A stretch of 61,263 nucleotides of DNA from IMG/VR virus record IMGVR_UViG_3300045432_000021, positions 1-61,263 of that record; one strand, written 5' to 3'. This document shows, one piece after another, positions 1 through 8,621 of this stretch; the first letter of the stretch is position 1, and every line of letters begins with the position of its first letter. The DNA comes from a virus. Its lineage: Duplodnaviria > Caudoviricetes. The translations under genes and the position numbers were made by a program. The notes under the pieces are model-generated. The model was not told the origin of the DNA. It was given only the letters and a program-made list of their open reading frames with translations, and did no database searches.

Positions 1-2
1 TC

Positions 3-626
3 GTTGAAGAGGGTAAGGATCGATTCAAAAAAGCTAAAACAATCATACAACTTCATTCCTCTACCTCGGATTTAATTTATAATAAATTTAAAATTAGTGA
101 AATTCCAGCTTTTACACCTCAACTTAAGGAGCTAATAGACGCTATTAATAGCTATGATATATATGATCTAAGAACTCCGACACCTATAAAATTAAACTCA
201 GTTTTTAACTCATATAACTATCCACGTGTAGAAAAGTTTATAGAAAACTTTCAAGACGGTCTAAGAGAGTTTAACATACAGGAACAAAACGCAATAAAAT
301 ACTTTATAAGGTATCTCAAGGAGCAAATAGATACAACTGAGTGCTTTAGAGGAATGATTAAAGACTATTCAGTTATTAGTTGTTGCTGCTCTTTTGCTGT
401 CAATGAAATGGCGCAAGTTTTACTTAAAAAATATAATTCTGATATCGTTATTTTAATTAACATAGATACAAAACAAGTCTTCTTTAGACGATCTAAAGAT
501 TGCACTGCTAAGTTAGATGTAATAGCTGATAAGTTATGCGGTGGTGGAGGTCAAGAGTATGCTGCAGCTGGGTATATAACAGAGACCTTTCTAAACTTTA
601 CAAAATTACTTACACCATGCAGCTAA
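3..626 (+). CDS. DHH-family phosphoesterase, C-terminal part with DHHA1 domain (5'-truncated by window edge)
   Basis: The frame is open from nt 3 to the stop at 626. The C-terminal FFRRS...GGGGQEYAAAG resembles the DHHA1 GGGHxxAAG motif. Confidence 0.65.
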   Translation, partial: VEEGKDRFKKAKTIIQLHSSTSDLIYNKFKISEIPAFTPQLKELIDAINSYDIYDLRTPTPIKLNSVFNSYNYPRVEKFIENFQDGLREFNIQEQNAIKYFIRYLKEQIDTTECFRGMIKDYSVISCCCSFAVNEMAQVLLKKYNSDIVILINIDTKQVFFRRSKDCTAKLDVIADKLCGGGGQEYAAAGYITETFLNFTKLLTPCS

Positions 627-913
627 ACACTGATATAGAGACACCTTCCTCTAATATAATGAAGCACGAGACGGAACATTTACTGCTCTCGTTTTGTACT
701 CTGTGTAGTTTACTGAAGGGTAAGAAGTTAAGCATGCAAAACGTTTTTGTTATCGTTTTACAAGAAGAACGATTGAGAAATATATTAAAGGAGTTATTAT
801 GTGTAGATACGACATACGAAATAGTTAAAATGTTTATAAGTTATGAACCTCTAATACCTGTTAGTAAGTATGTTACTAAGTATCTCAATACACAGTCTAG
901 GATAGAAATATGA
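617..913 (+). CDS. hypothetical protein (positional equivalent of T4 gp33)
   Basis: ATG at 617 (MQLNTD...) overlaps the previous gene's end; 98 aa; immediately upstream of gp59-like and gp32, as gene 33 is in T4. Confidence 0.55.
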   Translation: MQLNTDIETPSSNIMKHETEHLLLSFCTLCSLLKGKKLSMQNVFVIVLQEERLRNILKELLCVDTTYEIVKMFISYEPLIPVSKYVTKYLNTQSRIEI

Positions 914-1557
914 TTAGCGATAGTCAAAAACAAATTTATAATTCCTTTTTATATACATCACGCAAGGTCAAGAATCAGCCTTGCAAGTTCAGACAAAACT
1001 TTGATTCAATAGATCCTACAACGGAACTAACCTTAAAAAAGTTAGATAGTTTCTTTTCGAACTACCATAATATTAAGTATAGTGATTTTTTTCTTGCGCC
1101 ATATGAGATATACAACAACGAAGAGTATTTTAACTTGCAGTTCTATACTACTAGGCGCGCAATCAAGTGTTATTCAACCTATATAAAGCAAAAAGAGACA
1201 TCCGACCCAGATCACGAAAGTACTATTGATGACTGCAAACAAGCTTGCTCATTTATCTATAAGTTCTGCAAAGAAAATAAGCTAACACTACATCAATACA
1301 AGAACCTCATTAACGGAACTACACCAATCGTACTACAGCATCTCAGAGATCATAAAATTAACTTCTATATACTACAAGGTCTAGAAATTCACAGTCTCAT
1401 TCAATCTACAGAACCGCAAATAATTAATTTTATTGTAGACGATTTTTTTAATATATACAATACAACAAAAAGCAATTTTATCAGATCAACTAAACTAAAA
1501 ATTGTAATTAGATCAGCCTTTAAAATAATTGAAGACCGTCTATTGCAATTTAGCTAA
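910..1557 (+). CDS. T4 gp59-like helicase loader
   Basis: 215 aa (T4 gp59 is 217 aa), directly upstream of gp32. The C-terminal IYKFCKE...IVLQHLRDHKINFYIL parallels the gp59 C-terminal helices. Confidence 0.6.
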   Translation: MISDSQKQIYNSFLYTSRKVKNQPCKFRQNFDSIDPTTELTLKKLDSFFSNYHNIKYSDFFLAPYEIYNNEEYFNLQFYTTRRAIKCYSTYIKQKETSDPDHESTIDDCKQACSFIYKFCKENKLTLHQYKNLINGTTPIVLQHLRDHKINFYILQGLEIHSLIQSTEPQIINFIVDDFFNIYNTTKSNFIRSTKLKIVIRSAFKIIEDRLLQFS

Positions 1558-1570
1558 CTAACTCTATAAT
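1543..1570 (+). promoter_or_regulatory. sigma70-like promoter for the ssDNA-binding protein gene
   Basis: TTGCAA(1543)-N16-TATAAT(1565). Confidence 0.55.
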
Positions 1571-1624
1571 CATTTTATCTCGTTAAGAGATTTTCTAAAA
1601 CCAAAAACTAATACAATAATAACT

Positions 1625-2461
1625 ATGTTTAATTCTAATATGTTTCAATCAATTAAGGCTGCTCTTTCGAAAGACGAAGATAAGGGCAGTGGTCTTTATA
1701 CTGAGATTCTTAAAACTACTGCAGGCAATACTTATACTATTCGTCTACTACCTTATAGTAAGGACCCGTCTAAGACTTTCTTCCATCATTATACTCATGG
1801 ATGGAATTCATTCGCTACTGGTAAGTACGTTCAAGCGCTTAGCCCTACGACCTTTAATGAACGTGACCCCATCTCTGAAGAACGCTTTCGTGCAATGCGT
1901 ACCGGTACTGAAGATGAGAAGTCTCGTATGAGTGCAGTTCGTCGTTCAGAGAAATGGTTAGTTAACGTCTATGTTATTGACGATCCATCTAACCCTGATA
2001 ATAACGGTAAAGTTAAGATCTTGCGATATGGTAAGCAATTGCAAAAGATTATTATGGAGGCAATTGAGGGTGAAGACTCGGAAGAATATGGTGAGAAGAT
2101 TTTCGATCTAGGTTCTGAGGGTGTTAACTTCAAAGTTAAGGTAGAGCAGCAAGGTGATTATCCGACATATGTAGCCTCGCGGTTTACTACTACTAATAAG
2201 TTAAAGCTTTCTGAAGATGAACAAAAAGCTATCTATGATTCGACCTATGACCTTACTAAGGTTAATAGCATTAAGAGTTATGATGAACTCAAGCAAATGA
2301 TTGACGATCATATCTATGTCCGTACTGACGCTGCTCCTGCAACTGAAAGTCAACCTCAAACACGAGTTAGTAGCCCTGTTGCTGAAAGGCGACCTGTCTC
2401 GCAACCTGTAGTAGAGACGAGTGTTGAAGACGATATCGACGAACTTCTAAAAGATCTATAA
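1625..2461 (+). CDS. single-stranded DNA-binding protein, T4 gp32-like
   Basis: Motifs TIRLLP, NVYVIDDPSNPDNNGKVKILRYGK, IFDLGSEGVNFKVKV, YPTY, and an acidic tail EDDIDELLKDL. Confidence 0.92.
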   Translation: MFNSNMFQSIKAALSKDEDKGSGLYTEILKTTAGNTYTIRLLPYSKDPSKTFFHHYTHGWNSFATGKYVQALSPTTFNERDPISEERFRAMRTGTEDEKSRMSAVRRSEKWLVNVYVIDDPSNPDNNGKVKILRYGKQLQKIIMEAIEGEDSEEYGEKIFDLGSEGVNFKVKVEQQGDYPTYVASRFTTTNKLKLSEDEQKAIYDSTYDLTKVNSIKSYDELKQMIDDHIYVRTDAAPATESQPQTRVSSPVAERRPVSQPVVETSVEDDIDELLKDL

Positions 2462-2462
2462 T

Positions 2463-2885
2463 ATGACAGCTCAAGAAAAACAAGCATTGTTACAGTTCAT
2501 GGGTGTTACCTATGGTGCTGCAGTAAAGATGGATAGGGATATTGTAAGTTCTTCAAATCAGCTTACACCTATTAGTGAAAGTATTAAGCATCAGTTTGAA
2601 AGACTAATGCCAGTACCTGTAGACGATTATCCTCATACACCTCCAGCTTCTGAACCGTATAATCCACCTCCGGCAGCGCCGGTACCACTAGGAGTAGCAT
2701 ATCCATCAGAACTACAACCTGAGCCTACACCTCAACAAGATTATCGAGGTACTGTTGCACACGATCCTACATTAATTGATACTCTTATTTCAATTAGGAT
2801 GGCTTTAACTCGTATTGGTGATATACTTGAATCAAAACAAGCAAATGACAAGCCCGCAAAGAAATCTAAAGCTCAGCAGACCTGA
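2463..2885 (+). CDS. hypothetical protein, Pro-rich centre
   Basis: 140 aa ORF tightly packed between gp32 and gp45. Confidence 0.7.
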   Translation: MTAQEKQALLQFMGVTYGAAVKMDRDIVSSSNQLTPISESIKHQFERLMPVPVDDYPHTPPASEPYNPPPAAPVPLGVAYPSELQPEPTPQQDYRGTVAHDPTLIDTLISIRMALTRIGDILESKQANDKPAKKSKAQQT

Positions 2886-3570
2886 ATTTATAAAGTTTAT
2901 AGATTCTTTTTCAAAAATCAATGACTCCTTTATTGCTGAAGTAAAGGAGGATAGTATCTCAGTTATTACCTCGTCTTCAGATAATACTTTAATTAGCTAT
3001 GGTGACTACAAGTGTCAGTCTACCTATAGTACTAATTTAAATATACCTGATTGTAAGAAACTAGTACGTGTATTAGATACTATTAATAGCGATGTTATTG
3101 ATCTAAAGATTAATACCAATAACTTAGAGTATACTAGTAATAGTGTTAAGTTTAAGTATCATCTCTTTGAGGATGGCTTCTTGCAAAAGCCTTCTCTTAG
3201 TCTTGAAAAGATTAAAAACTTTACATTCGATATTACCTTTAGTTTGACTAAGCAGCAGTTAGCTTCTATTATTAAGGGTAGTACTTTTGCTACAGAGACT
3301 AATAAACTATATTTGTATACTGAAGAAGATAAACTTATCGCTGAATTAACAGACAAAGCTCGACATAATTCAGATTCTTATACTATGTCGTTAGGTACTG
3401 TTGACTTTAAGTTGCAGCCTGTGTCTTTAAATTTCGATAATGTAAGATTATTGACTTTGCTTAATGATGTTATTACTGTAAATATCAATACTAAGTATGG
3501 TGTCATTATTATTGTAACTAGTAATGATACGACTAAGATATCCTACCTTATATCCTCTTTAACCCAATGA
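2845..3570 (+). CDS. DNA polymerase sliding clamp, T4 gp45-like
   Basis: LKLSRPEFIKFIDSFSKINDS resembles gp45 MKLSKDT..LKNFATINSG. Size ~240 aa; ATG at 2845 is preferred as start. Confidence 0.8.
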   Translation: MTSPQRNLKLSRPEFIKFIDSFSKINDSFIAEVKEDSISVITSSSDNTLISYGDYKCQSTYSTNLNIPDCKKLVRVLDTINSDVIDLKINTNNLEYTSNSVKFKYHLFEDGFLQKPSLSLEKIKNFTFDITFSLTKQQLASIIKGSTFATETNKLYLYTEEDKLIAELTDKARHNSDSYTMSLGTVDFKLQPVSLNFDNVRLLTLLNDVITVNINTKYGVIIIVTSNDTTKISYLISSLTQ

Positions 3571-3887
3571 ACCGTCATTCTAGAAATAAATTATCTACCC
3601 CTAGCTACTTTATTAAACGACTTAAGGATAGTAAATTCTCTACCTTTAAGGTTTTTGGTAATTATTCAGATTTAGATCCACGTAAATGGACTATTTTAAT
3701 CGATCCTGGTGTGTCATCCGTCTTCGTGACATGCTTTGAGAATAAAACTCAAAACAAAGAAGTGTTGTTTGAATTTAACGATGGTGGTAGACTCTTTCCA
3801 AAGAACTTTTCTCTTAAAACTGAGTCTATTGAAATCGTTGTGACAACACTTTTAGGTGCAGGAGTGCAACAAAGAGAAGATTTTTAA
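3567..3887 (+). CDS. hypothetical protein
   Basis: 106 aa ORF whose start overlaps the upstream stop. Confidence 0.7.
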   Translation: MNRHSRNKLSTPSYFIKRLKDSKFSTFKVFGNYSDLDPRKWTILIDPGVSSVFVTCFENKTQNKEVLFEFNDGGRLFPKNFSLKTESIEIVVTTLLGAGVQQREDF

Positions 3888-3909
3888 ATAACACTAACTA
3901 ATTAAGAGT

Positions 3910-4236
3910 ATGGAAACTGATAAAGGCGATACTCCACTAAGTTCTGATGATACTTTAAGAATTAAAGAGCTAGTCAAGGAAGCACTAGCTCTTCATCTTA
4001 CAACTGTAAAGAAAAGGCATACTGAGAGAGAATTAAACGAAGCTCTTAAGAGTATTGTTGGTGAGTTTTTAGATTGCTTTGTAGTTCTAGGCTACGACCT
4101 TCAAGGCGAGCCTAGGATTGTAAGGTCATCAAAGACTAAAATGTCAGAAGCTGCCTTAAGACTGTTATTTTTTAAAGCAGCCAATATGGAGTTGTATAAT
4201 AATGAGAATCCTGGATATAGTGACGAGCCTTTTTAA
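3910..4236 (+). CDS. hypothetical protein
   Basis: 108 aa ORF in the operon. Confidence 0.7.
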   Translation: METDKGDTPLSSDDTLRIKELVKEALALHLTTVKKRHTERELNEALKSIVGEFLDCFVVLGYDLQGEPRIVRSSKTKMSEAALRLLFFKAANMELYNNENPGYSDEPF

Positions 4237-4501
4237 GAAAAAGGCTCCTAATAAGCTAGAAGGAAGAATGTATGCAGTAACAACTGGGGATTATGCAGGT
4301 CAAATATTTCTACTTGTAAAGCAGGTAGCAAATAGTTACTGGTTCTTATCGATACCCTCAAATAATAATCAAAAAGTACCAAAAGATAAGTTTGAATTCG
4401 GAATGAACTACGGTATACTAGATTATATAGGTGACTTACCTAGGGATATCTTTAAAACTGTAAAAGCGCAATTCGAATATAATGAAAACTCTCATCATTG
4501 A
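4202..4501 (+). CDS. hypothetical protein
   Basis: 99 aa ORF overlapping both neighbours. Confidence 0.6.
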   Translation: MRILDIVTSLFKKKAPNKLEGRMYAVTTGDYAGQIFLLVKQVANSYWFLSIPSNNNQKVPKDKFEFGMNYGILDYIGDLPRDIFKTVKAQFEYNENSHH

Positions 4502-5354
4502 TGGAAATAATCTCGTTCACAGAACTTTTTGGATTGTGAAAACGAGAATTAGCGAACAAGAACAGTCATCAAGTGATAGTATCGAGAACCTGCATATCTA
4601 TTTTACATTAAACGCTATTAATAGCTATGTAGCTATGTATAAACCTACTAAGATACTAGTAGCGTGGGACGAGAAACCAGATTATGAGAGTAATATTCGC
4701 AAATCTATGCTTACTGAGTATAAAGGTAATCGTTCTAGCGACTCGACTCCACATCAACACAATGAAGCTATCAAAGAAATGCTTGGATTGCTGGGAATTA
4801 AGTCAGTTTTTCCGAGAGAACTCGAAGCAGATGATGTAATCGCGTATCTTTGCAAAGAAACTGAAGGTAAAAAGGTTATTGTATCGGTAGATCGCGATTT
4901 TATTCAGTTAGTTAATGAGGATGTAACGCTTTTTGACCCTATTCGAAAGAAAGAGTTCAGTTTAACTAACTTTAAAGAGGCTACAGAGCATAATAATGTA
5001 GAAGAGTGGATGACAGCTAAGTGTTTGACTGGTGATAAGTCAGATAACGTTGCTGGTATCCCTAAATTCGGGAAAGTGAAGATTAATAAGTACTTAAACG
5101 GTGAGATTACTCTTACCGAAGAGGAGCAAAGTGTGTTTAACCGTAATCGTGATATCTTTTGCTTGTCTAGATATAAGAATACACCAAGAGAGCTTGAGTA
5201 TTACAATAATCAAATGGAGCAGTCAGTGAAAGGTAGCTGGAAAGACTTCATTAAGAGCTGCGAAGTTCGGTCTTTTCAGAATATCTTGAAGAAAAAAGAG
5301 AGTTGGTATAGCTTGTTCTTTATGCAGCAGAAGCTATCGTCATTATTCGCATGA
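4482..5354 (+). CDS. rnh: 5'-3' exonuclease / T4 RNase H (FEN family)
   Basis: LIIDGNNLVHR, YKGNR, LEADDVIAYL, IVSVDRDFIQL, LTGDKSDNVAGIP. Confidence 0.92.
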   Translation: MKTLIIDGNNLVHRTFWIVKTRISEQEQSSSDSIENLHIYFTLNAINSYVAMYKPTKILVAWDEKPDYESNIRKSMLTEYKGNRSSDSTPHQHNEAIKEMLGLLGIKSVFPRELEADDVIAYLCKETEGKKVIVSVDRDFIQLVNEDVTLFDPIRKKEFSLTNFKEATEHNNVEEWMTAKCLTGDKSDNVAGIPKFGKVKINKYLNGEITLTEEEQSVFNRNRDIFCLSRYKNTPRELEYYNNQMEQSVKGSWKDFIKSCEVRSFQNILKKKESWYSLFFMQQKLSSLFA

Positions 5355-6382
5355 TTCTACCTACTGAATACGTAATACTCAAGTTTTACGAGTTTAGCTA
5401 CTACCCAAAGTACAATAAGTATAACAATACTTATCAAGCTGGGTGTGCTATATGTCGTGAAGGTGGTTCTCTTGGTAAAAAGCGTAGATGTTACTATATT
5501 CCTGAGAATGATAACATCTTCTGTCATAATTGCGGTTGGTCAAGTAAGCCTTATAAGTGGATTAGTGAAGTATCCGGTTTGACTCAGGCTCAAATATACG
5601 AAGATGTAAAGGAAAAAAGTGTAGTTGACGGGTTTATCAGTGAGCAGCAACCTGAGAGACCTAAGAGTAGTACTTTGCCTCAAGATAGTATTAATTTATT
5701 CGATTCTACACAGACAGACTACTACAGAGACAATGATATAATGAGGGTATCCCTGCAGCTGCTGAAGAGTAGAAGATTAGATACAGCCGTCAATAGGCCT
5801 AACGCGCTATACCTGTCCCTCAAGGCAAACACGCATAAAAACAGGCTAATTATACCATTCGTCAATGAAAAAAACGAAATTGAGTTCTATCAATCAAGGA
5901 CTATCCTATCTTATGATGTTAAAATGCCGAAGTATCTCTCTAAATCGAATGCCGACCGAACTTTGTTTAATATTAACAAAGTAGACCGCAATAGTGAGTA
6001 TGTTTATATATTTGAAGGTCCTATTAACGCGTTTTTTACTAAAAATAGTATCGCGGTAGCAGGTATTAACGAAGGTAAACAGTCATTCACGCCGAGGCAG
6101 CAGGAGCAGCTAGATAATGTGCTGAGATTGCAGACTAAAGTGTGGGTTCTTGATTCCCAATGGATTGATAACGCTTCTTTTACTAAATCTAAGATATTAC
6201 TTGAACAAGGGTTTAAAGTCTTTATCTGGCCTGAGAAAATCGGTAAGCAGTATAAGGATTTTAACGATATTGCTATAGCTGCTAAGAAAGATGAGATAAG
6301 TGCGGATTTTATAAATAAAAATACCCATGAAGGACTCACAGGTATTCTTAAATTAACTGAAATTGGTAGATTTAGAAATTAA
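5351..6382 (+). CDS. DNA primase, T4 gp61-like
   Basis: Zn finger CAIC...FCHNCG, RLIIPF, YQSR, TOPRIM YIFEGPINAFF, KDFND. Confidence 0.9.
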   Translation: MILPTEYVILKFYEFSYYPKYNKYNNTYQAGCAICREGGSLGKKRRCYYIPENDNIFCHNCGWSSKPYKWISEVSGLTQAQIYEDVKEKSVVDGFISEQQPERPKSSTLPQDSINLFDSTQTDYYRDNDIMRVSLQLLKSRRLDTAVNRPNALYLSLKANTHKNRLIIPFVNEKNEIEFYQSRTILSYDVKMPKYLSKSNADRTLFNINKVDRNSEYVYIFEGPINAFFTKNSIAVAGINEGKQSFTPRQQEQLDNVLRLQTKVWVLDSQWIDNASFTKSKILLEQGFKVFIWPEKIGKQYKDFNDIAIAAKKDEISADFINKNTHEGLTGILKLTEIGRFRN

Positions 6383-6807
6383 ACGTATTTGTATTGACTA
6401 TTAGTAGATTGAGCAACATAACCTTTGAAGGACTCAGATAGAGAAGCTAATTCAGTAGCTACTCTTGAAATTTTACGAGCTTCAGATTGCTTCATACTGT
6501 CAAATATAGTATCAGCTTCTGCCTGAGCTAATGTATGTTGAATAGAACCGGGGTTAGTACCGTTTAAGAACTCAACAAACTCTGAGCAGCGACTAATCCA
6601 CTCTTCAAGTTGCTGTTTCATCTCTGCAGCTTGTTGAGTTTTAATTTGAGACGCTTGCTGAACTAGAGAATCAGCTTCAGGTGAAGGAGCCTTAGTATCG
6701 AACTCTTCAGGGTTGGTATCATCATCTAGAGAGGCTTCCATTGCTGCTCTTTCTTCTGCTGTTTGCTCGCGTAGGACTGTAAAAAATCTCTTTTCAAACT
6801 TACTCAT
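6379..6807 (-). CDS. hypothetical protein, possible head-internal protein
   Basis: 142 aa; TAAATA box 5 nt upstream of ATG; N-terminus MSKFEKRFFTVLRE. Confidence 0.7.
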   Translation of the reverse strand: MSKFEKRFFTVLREQTAEERAAMEASLDDDTNPEEFDTKAPSPEADSLVQQASQIKTQQAAEMKQQLEEWISRCSEFVEFLNGTNPGSIQHTLAQAEADTIFDSMKQSEARKISRVATELASLSESFKGYVAQSTNSQYKYV

Positions 6808-6838
6808 AACTTTATTTATTCTCGTATTAAATAATTGT

Positions 6839-7165
6839 GTGAAAAGTCCACAAAAACCTTATCAAATTGGTGTAGCTGATAAACCTATCATAAGCCAGGG
6901 TGATATAAGCTCTCAAATTAGACAATTTAAAGATGAAGAAGAGCAAAGTAAGGCTCCAGGTGTACTTCCCGACCCTGTCGATAAGATCGTACCTGTTTTA
7001 GGCAATGTATATGTCTCCTTAATACAAGCTAGATCTATTTTAAGTCAAGCAGCTAATAACCCAGTGATAGATAAAGATAAACTTGAGAAGATTAAAGAAA
7101 AGATTGATAATATTAATAAAGAAATACTTGATTTGTCGATATATCTCTCTATAATAGCATTATAA
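6839..7165 (+). CDS. hypothetical protein (coiled-coil C-terminus)
   Basis: GTG start at 6839, 5 nt after ATTAAATA. The longer ORF call from 6713 overlaps the opposite-strand gene. Confidence 0.6.
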   Translation: MKSPQKPYQIGVADKPIISQGDISSQIRQFKDEEEQSKAPGVLPDPVDKIVPVLGNVYVSLIQARSILSQAANNPVIDKDKLEKIKEKIDNINKEILDLSIYLSIIAL

Positions 7166-7560
7166 TGCTATTATTACTTCGATCTTTATTAATTACCCTT
7201 ACAATTAGTCTTAGTATTGCGTTTTCGTTAAGAAACGTGTTTGGTCTATGGGAGACCTTTACTTTAGCTACTATTTTACAGTATGTAGTATCTATAATCT
7301 TTAAATCCTATGAGGAAAGAGCAGGTAGAGTAGCACAGCTTACAGAAACTTTAGATGAATTGCTGTCAAGACAAGAAGTAACAGTAGAGTGTCCGTGCGG
7401 TAAGAGTGAAATACCGGTTACTATCTTTGTTGACGAGGAAACTATTGTAAAATGTGATGTTTGTAGTAATAAATTTAGGGTAGTTACGGAAATTAGTACT
7501 AGATTGCTCACAGAGCCTTTAGAAATAGAGAATATGTTTGACAAGCTTAACGAACAGTGA
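7165..7560 (+). CDS. membrane protein with C-terminal Zn-ribbon
   Basis: Two N-terminal hydrophobic segments; CPCG...CDVC; upstream TTGATT-N16-TATAAT (7128-7155). Confidence 0.7.
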   Translation: MLLLLRSLLITLTISLSIAFSLRNVFGLWETFTLATILQYVVSIIFKSYEERAGRVAQLTETLDELLSRQEVTVECPCGKSEIPVTIFVDEETIVKCDVCSNKFRVVTEISTRLLTEPLEIENMFDKLNEQ

Positions 7561-7566
7561 TATAAT
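7538..7566 (+). promoter_or_regulatory. sigma70 promoter carrying a TAACGAAC element
   Basis: TTGACA-N17-TATAAT, with CGAAC exactly 5 nt before the -10 box. Confidence 0.75.
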
Positions 7567-7575
7567 TAACTTGCG

Positions 7576-7818
7576 ATGAAGCAATTTACCTTTGATCTAA
7601 AAGACGGAACTAAGAAAGTAATGGAATTCGATGAGTTTGTACGCTGGATGTGTCTAGTTGAGAGCTTAGAAGTTATCTCTAAAGCGTGTGATGATCGTAA
7701 TATCCCCGCTAATAATGATAGTTGGATTAAACCCTTAGCTATTCAGAGTTATATGGATGAACGTTTTCATTCTATGAAGCATGACTTAACTGTTGAAGCT
7801 ATGATGGGTAATATTTGA
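7576..7818 (+). CDS. hypothetical protein
   Basis: 80 aa ORF behind a consensus promoter. Confidence 0.75.
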   Translation: MKQFTFDLKDGTKKVMEFDEFVRWMCLVESLEVISKACDDRNIPANNDSWIKPLAIQSYMDERFHSMKHDLTVEAMMGNI

Positions 7819-7820
7819 TT

Positions 7821-8621
7821 ATGACGTTTGTTACTATCACAGATTCTAATCAGTGGAGGTATATATTACCTAATCTAGTTGTATTAGAGAGCTTTAAGAG
7901 ATCATATACATACTATATCTTTGGTAATAATAAGTATGTTACGTCATTATTGATAGCAGAAATTAAAAGGTTAGATATTGTGCATGGTACAATACACGTC
8001 AGCAATATACCTTCTTTCTTTAGCACTTTCGGATTAAAGCCTACTAATACTAATCATAGTTGGATTACTCCAACCACAATGGATAGATTTGTTATACCGC
8101 TACATACAGATATCGATAAGTTCCTATGGTTAGATTGTGATACTCTTATAATTAGTGAGGAAATTTTTGACTTAGAGCATATAGAGACGTCTGATAAAGG
8201 TATCGCTGCTGCAGTTACTGACACCACTCTAGATGATCACATTATTTATTTTAGTAAGGCTGACTTTCTTGCTGATCTAGCCGTGGAAAACAGCAGCACT
8301 TTTAATGCCGGGGTATGCTTAATGGATTGTAATAAGCTAAGAGATAATAAATATGAGGAATTTATTAGAGAGGTTTATGATAGGTCGCAGGGTAGGTATG
8401 TAAACGATGAAGTTATACTTAACTTGTACGATCAGTCTTTTAACTTACTACCTAGTACTTATAATTGTATGACTCATAAACCTTTCGAGGTGAGAGACCC
8501 GGTTATTGTTCATTTTTCCGGTAAGGATTATAAACCGTGGATAAATCATGTATACAAAAGCGGATATTATTTAAAATACTATAAGTTATGGGAGTACTAC
8601 TACCTTTCACTAGCTGATTAA
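7821..8621 (+). CDS. glycosyltransferase family 8
   Basis: RFVIP, FLWLDCDTLI (DxD), FNAGVCLMD, NDEVILN, YN, VIVHFSGKDYKPW. Confidence 0.9.
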   Translation: MTFVTITDSNQWRYILPNLVVLESFKRSYTYYIFGNNKYVTSLLIAEIKRLDIVHGTIHVSNIPSFFSTFGLKPTNTNHSWITPTTMDRFVIPLHTDIDKFLWLDCDTLIISEEIFDLEHIETSDKGIAAAVTDTTLDDHIIYFSKADFLADLAVENSSTFNAGVCLMDCNKLRDNKYEEFIREVYDRSQGRYVNDEVILNLYDQSFNLLPSTYNCMTHKPFEVRDPVIVHFSGKDYKPWINHVYKSGYYLKYYKLWEYYYLSLAD

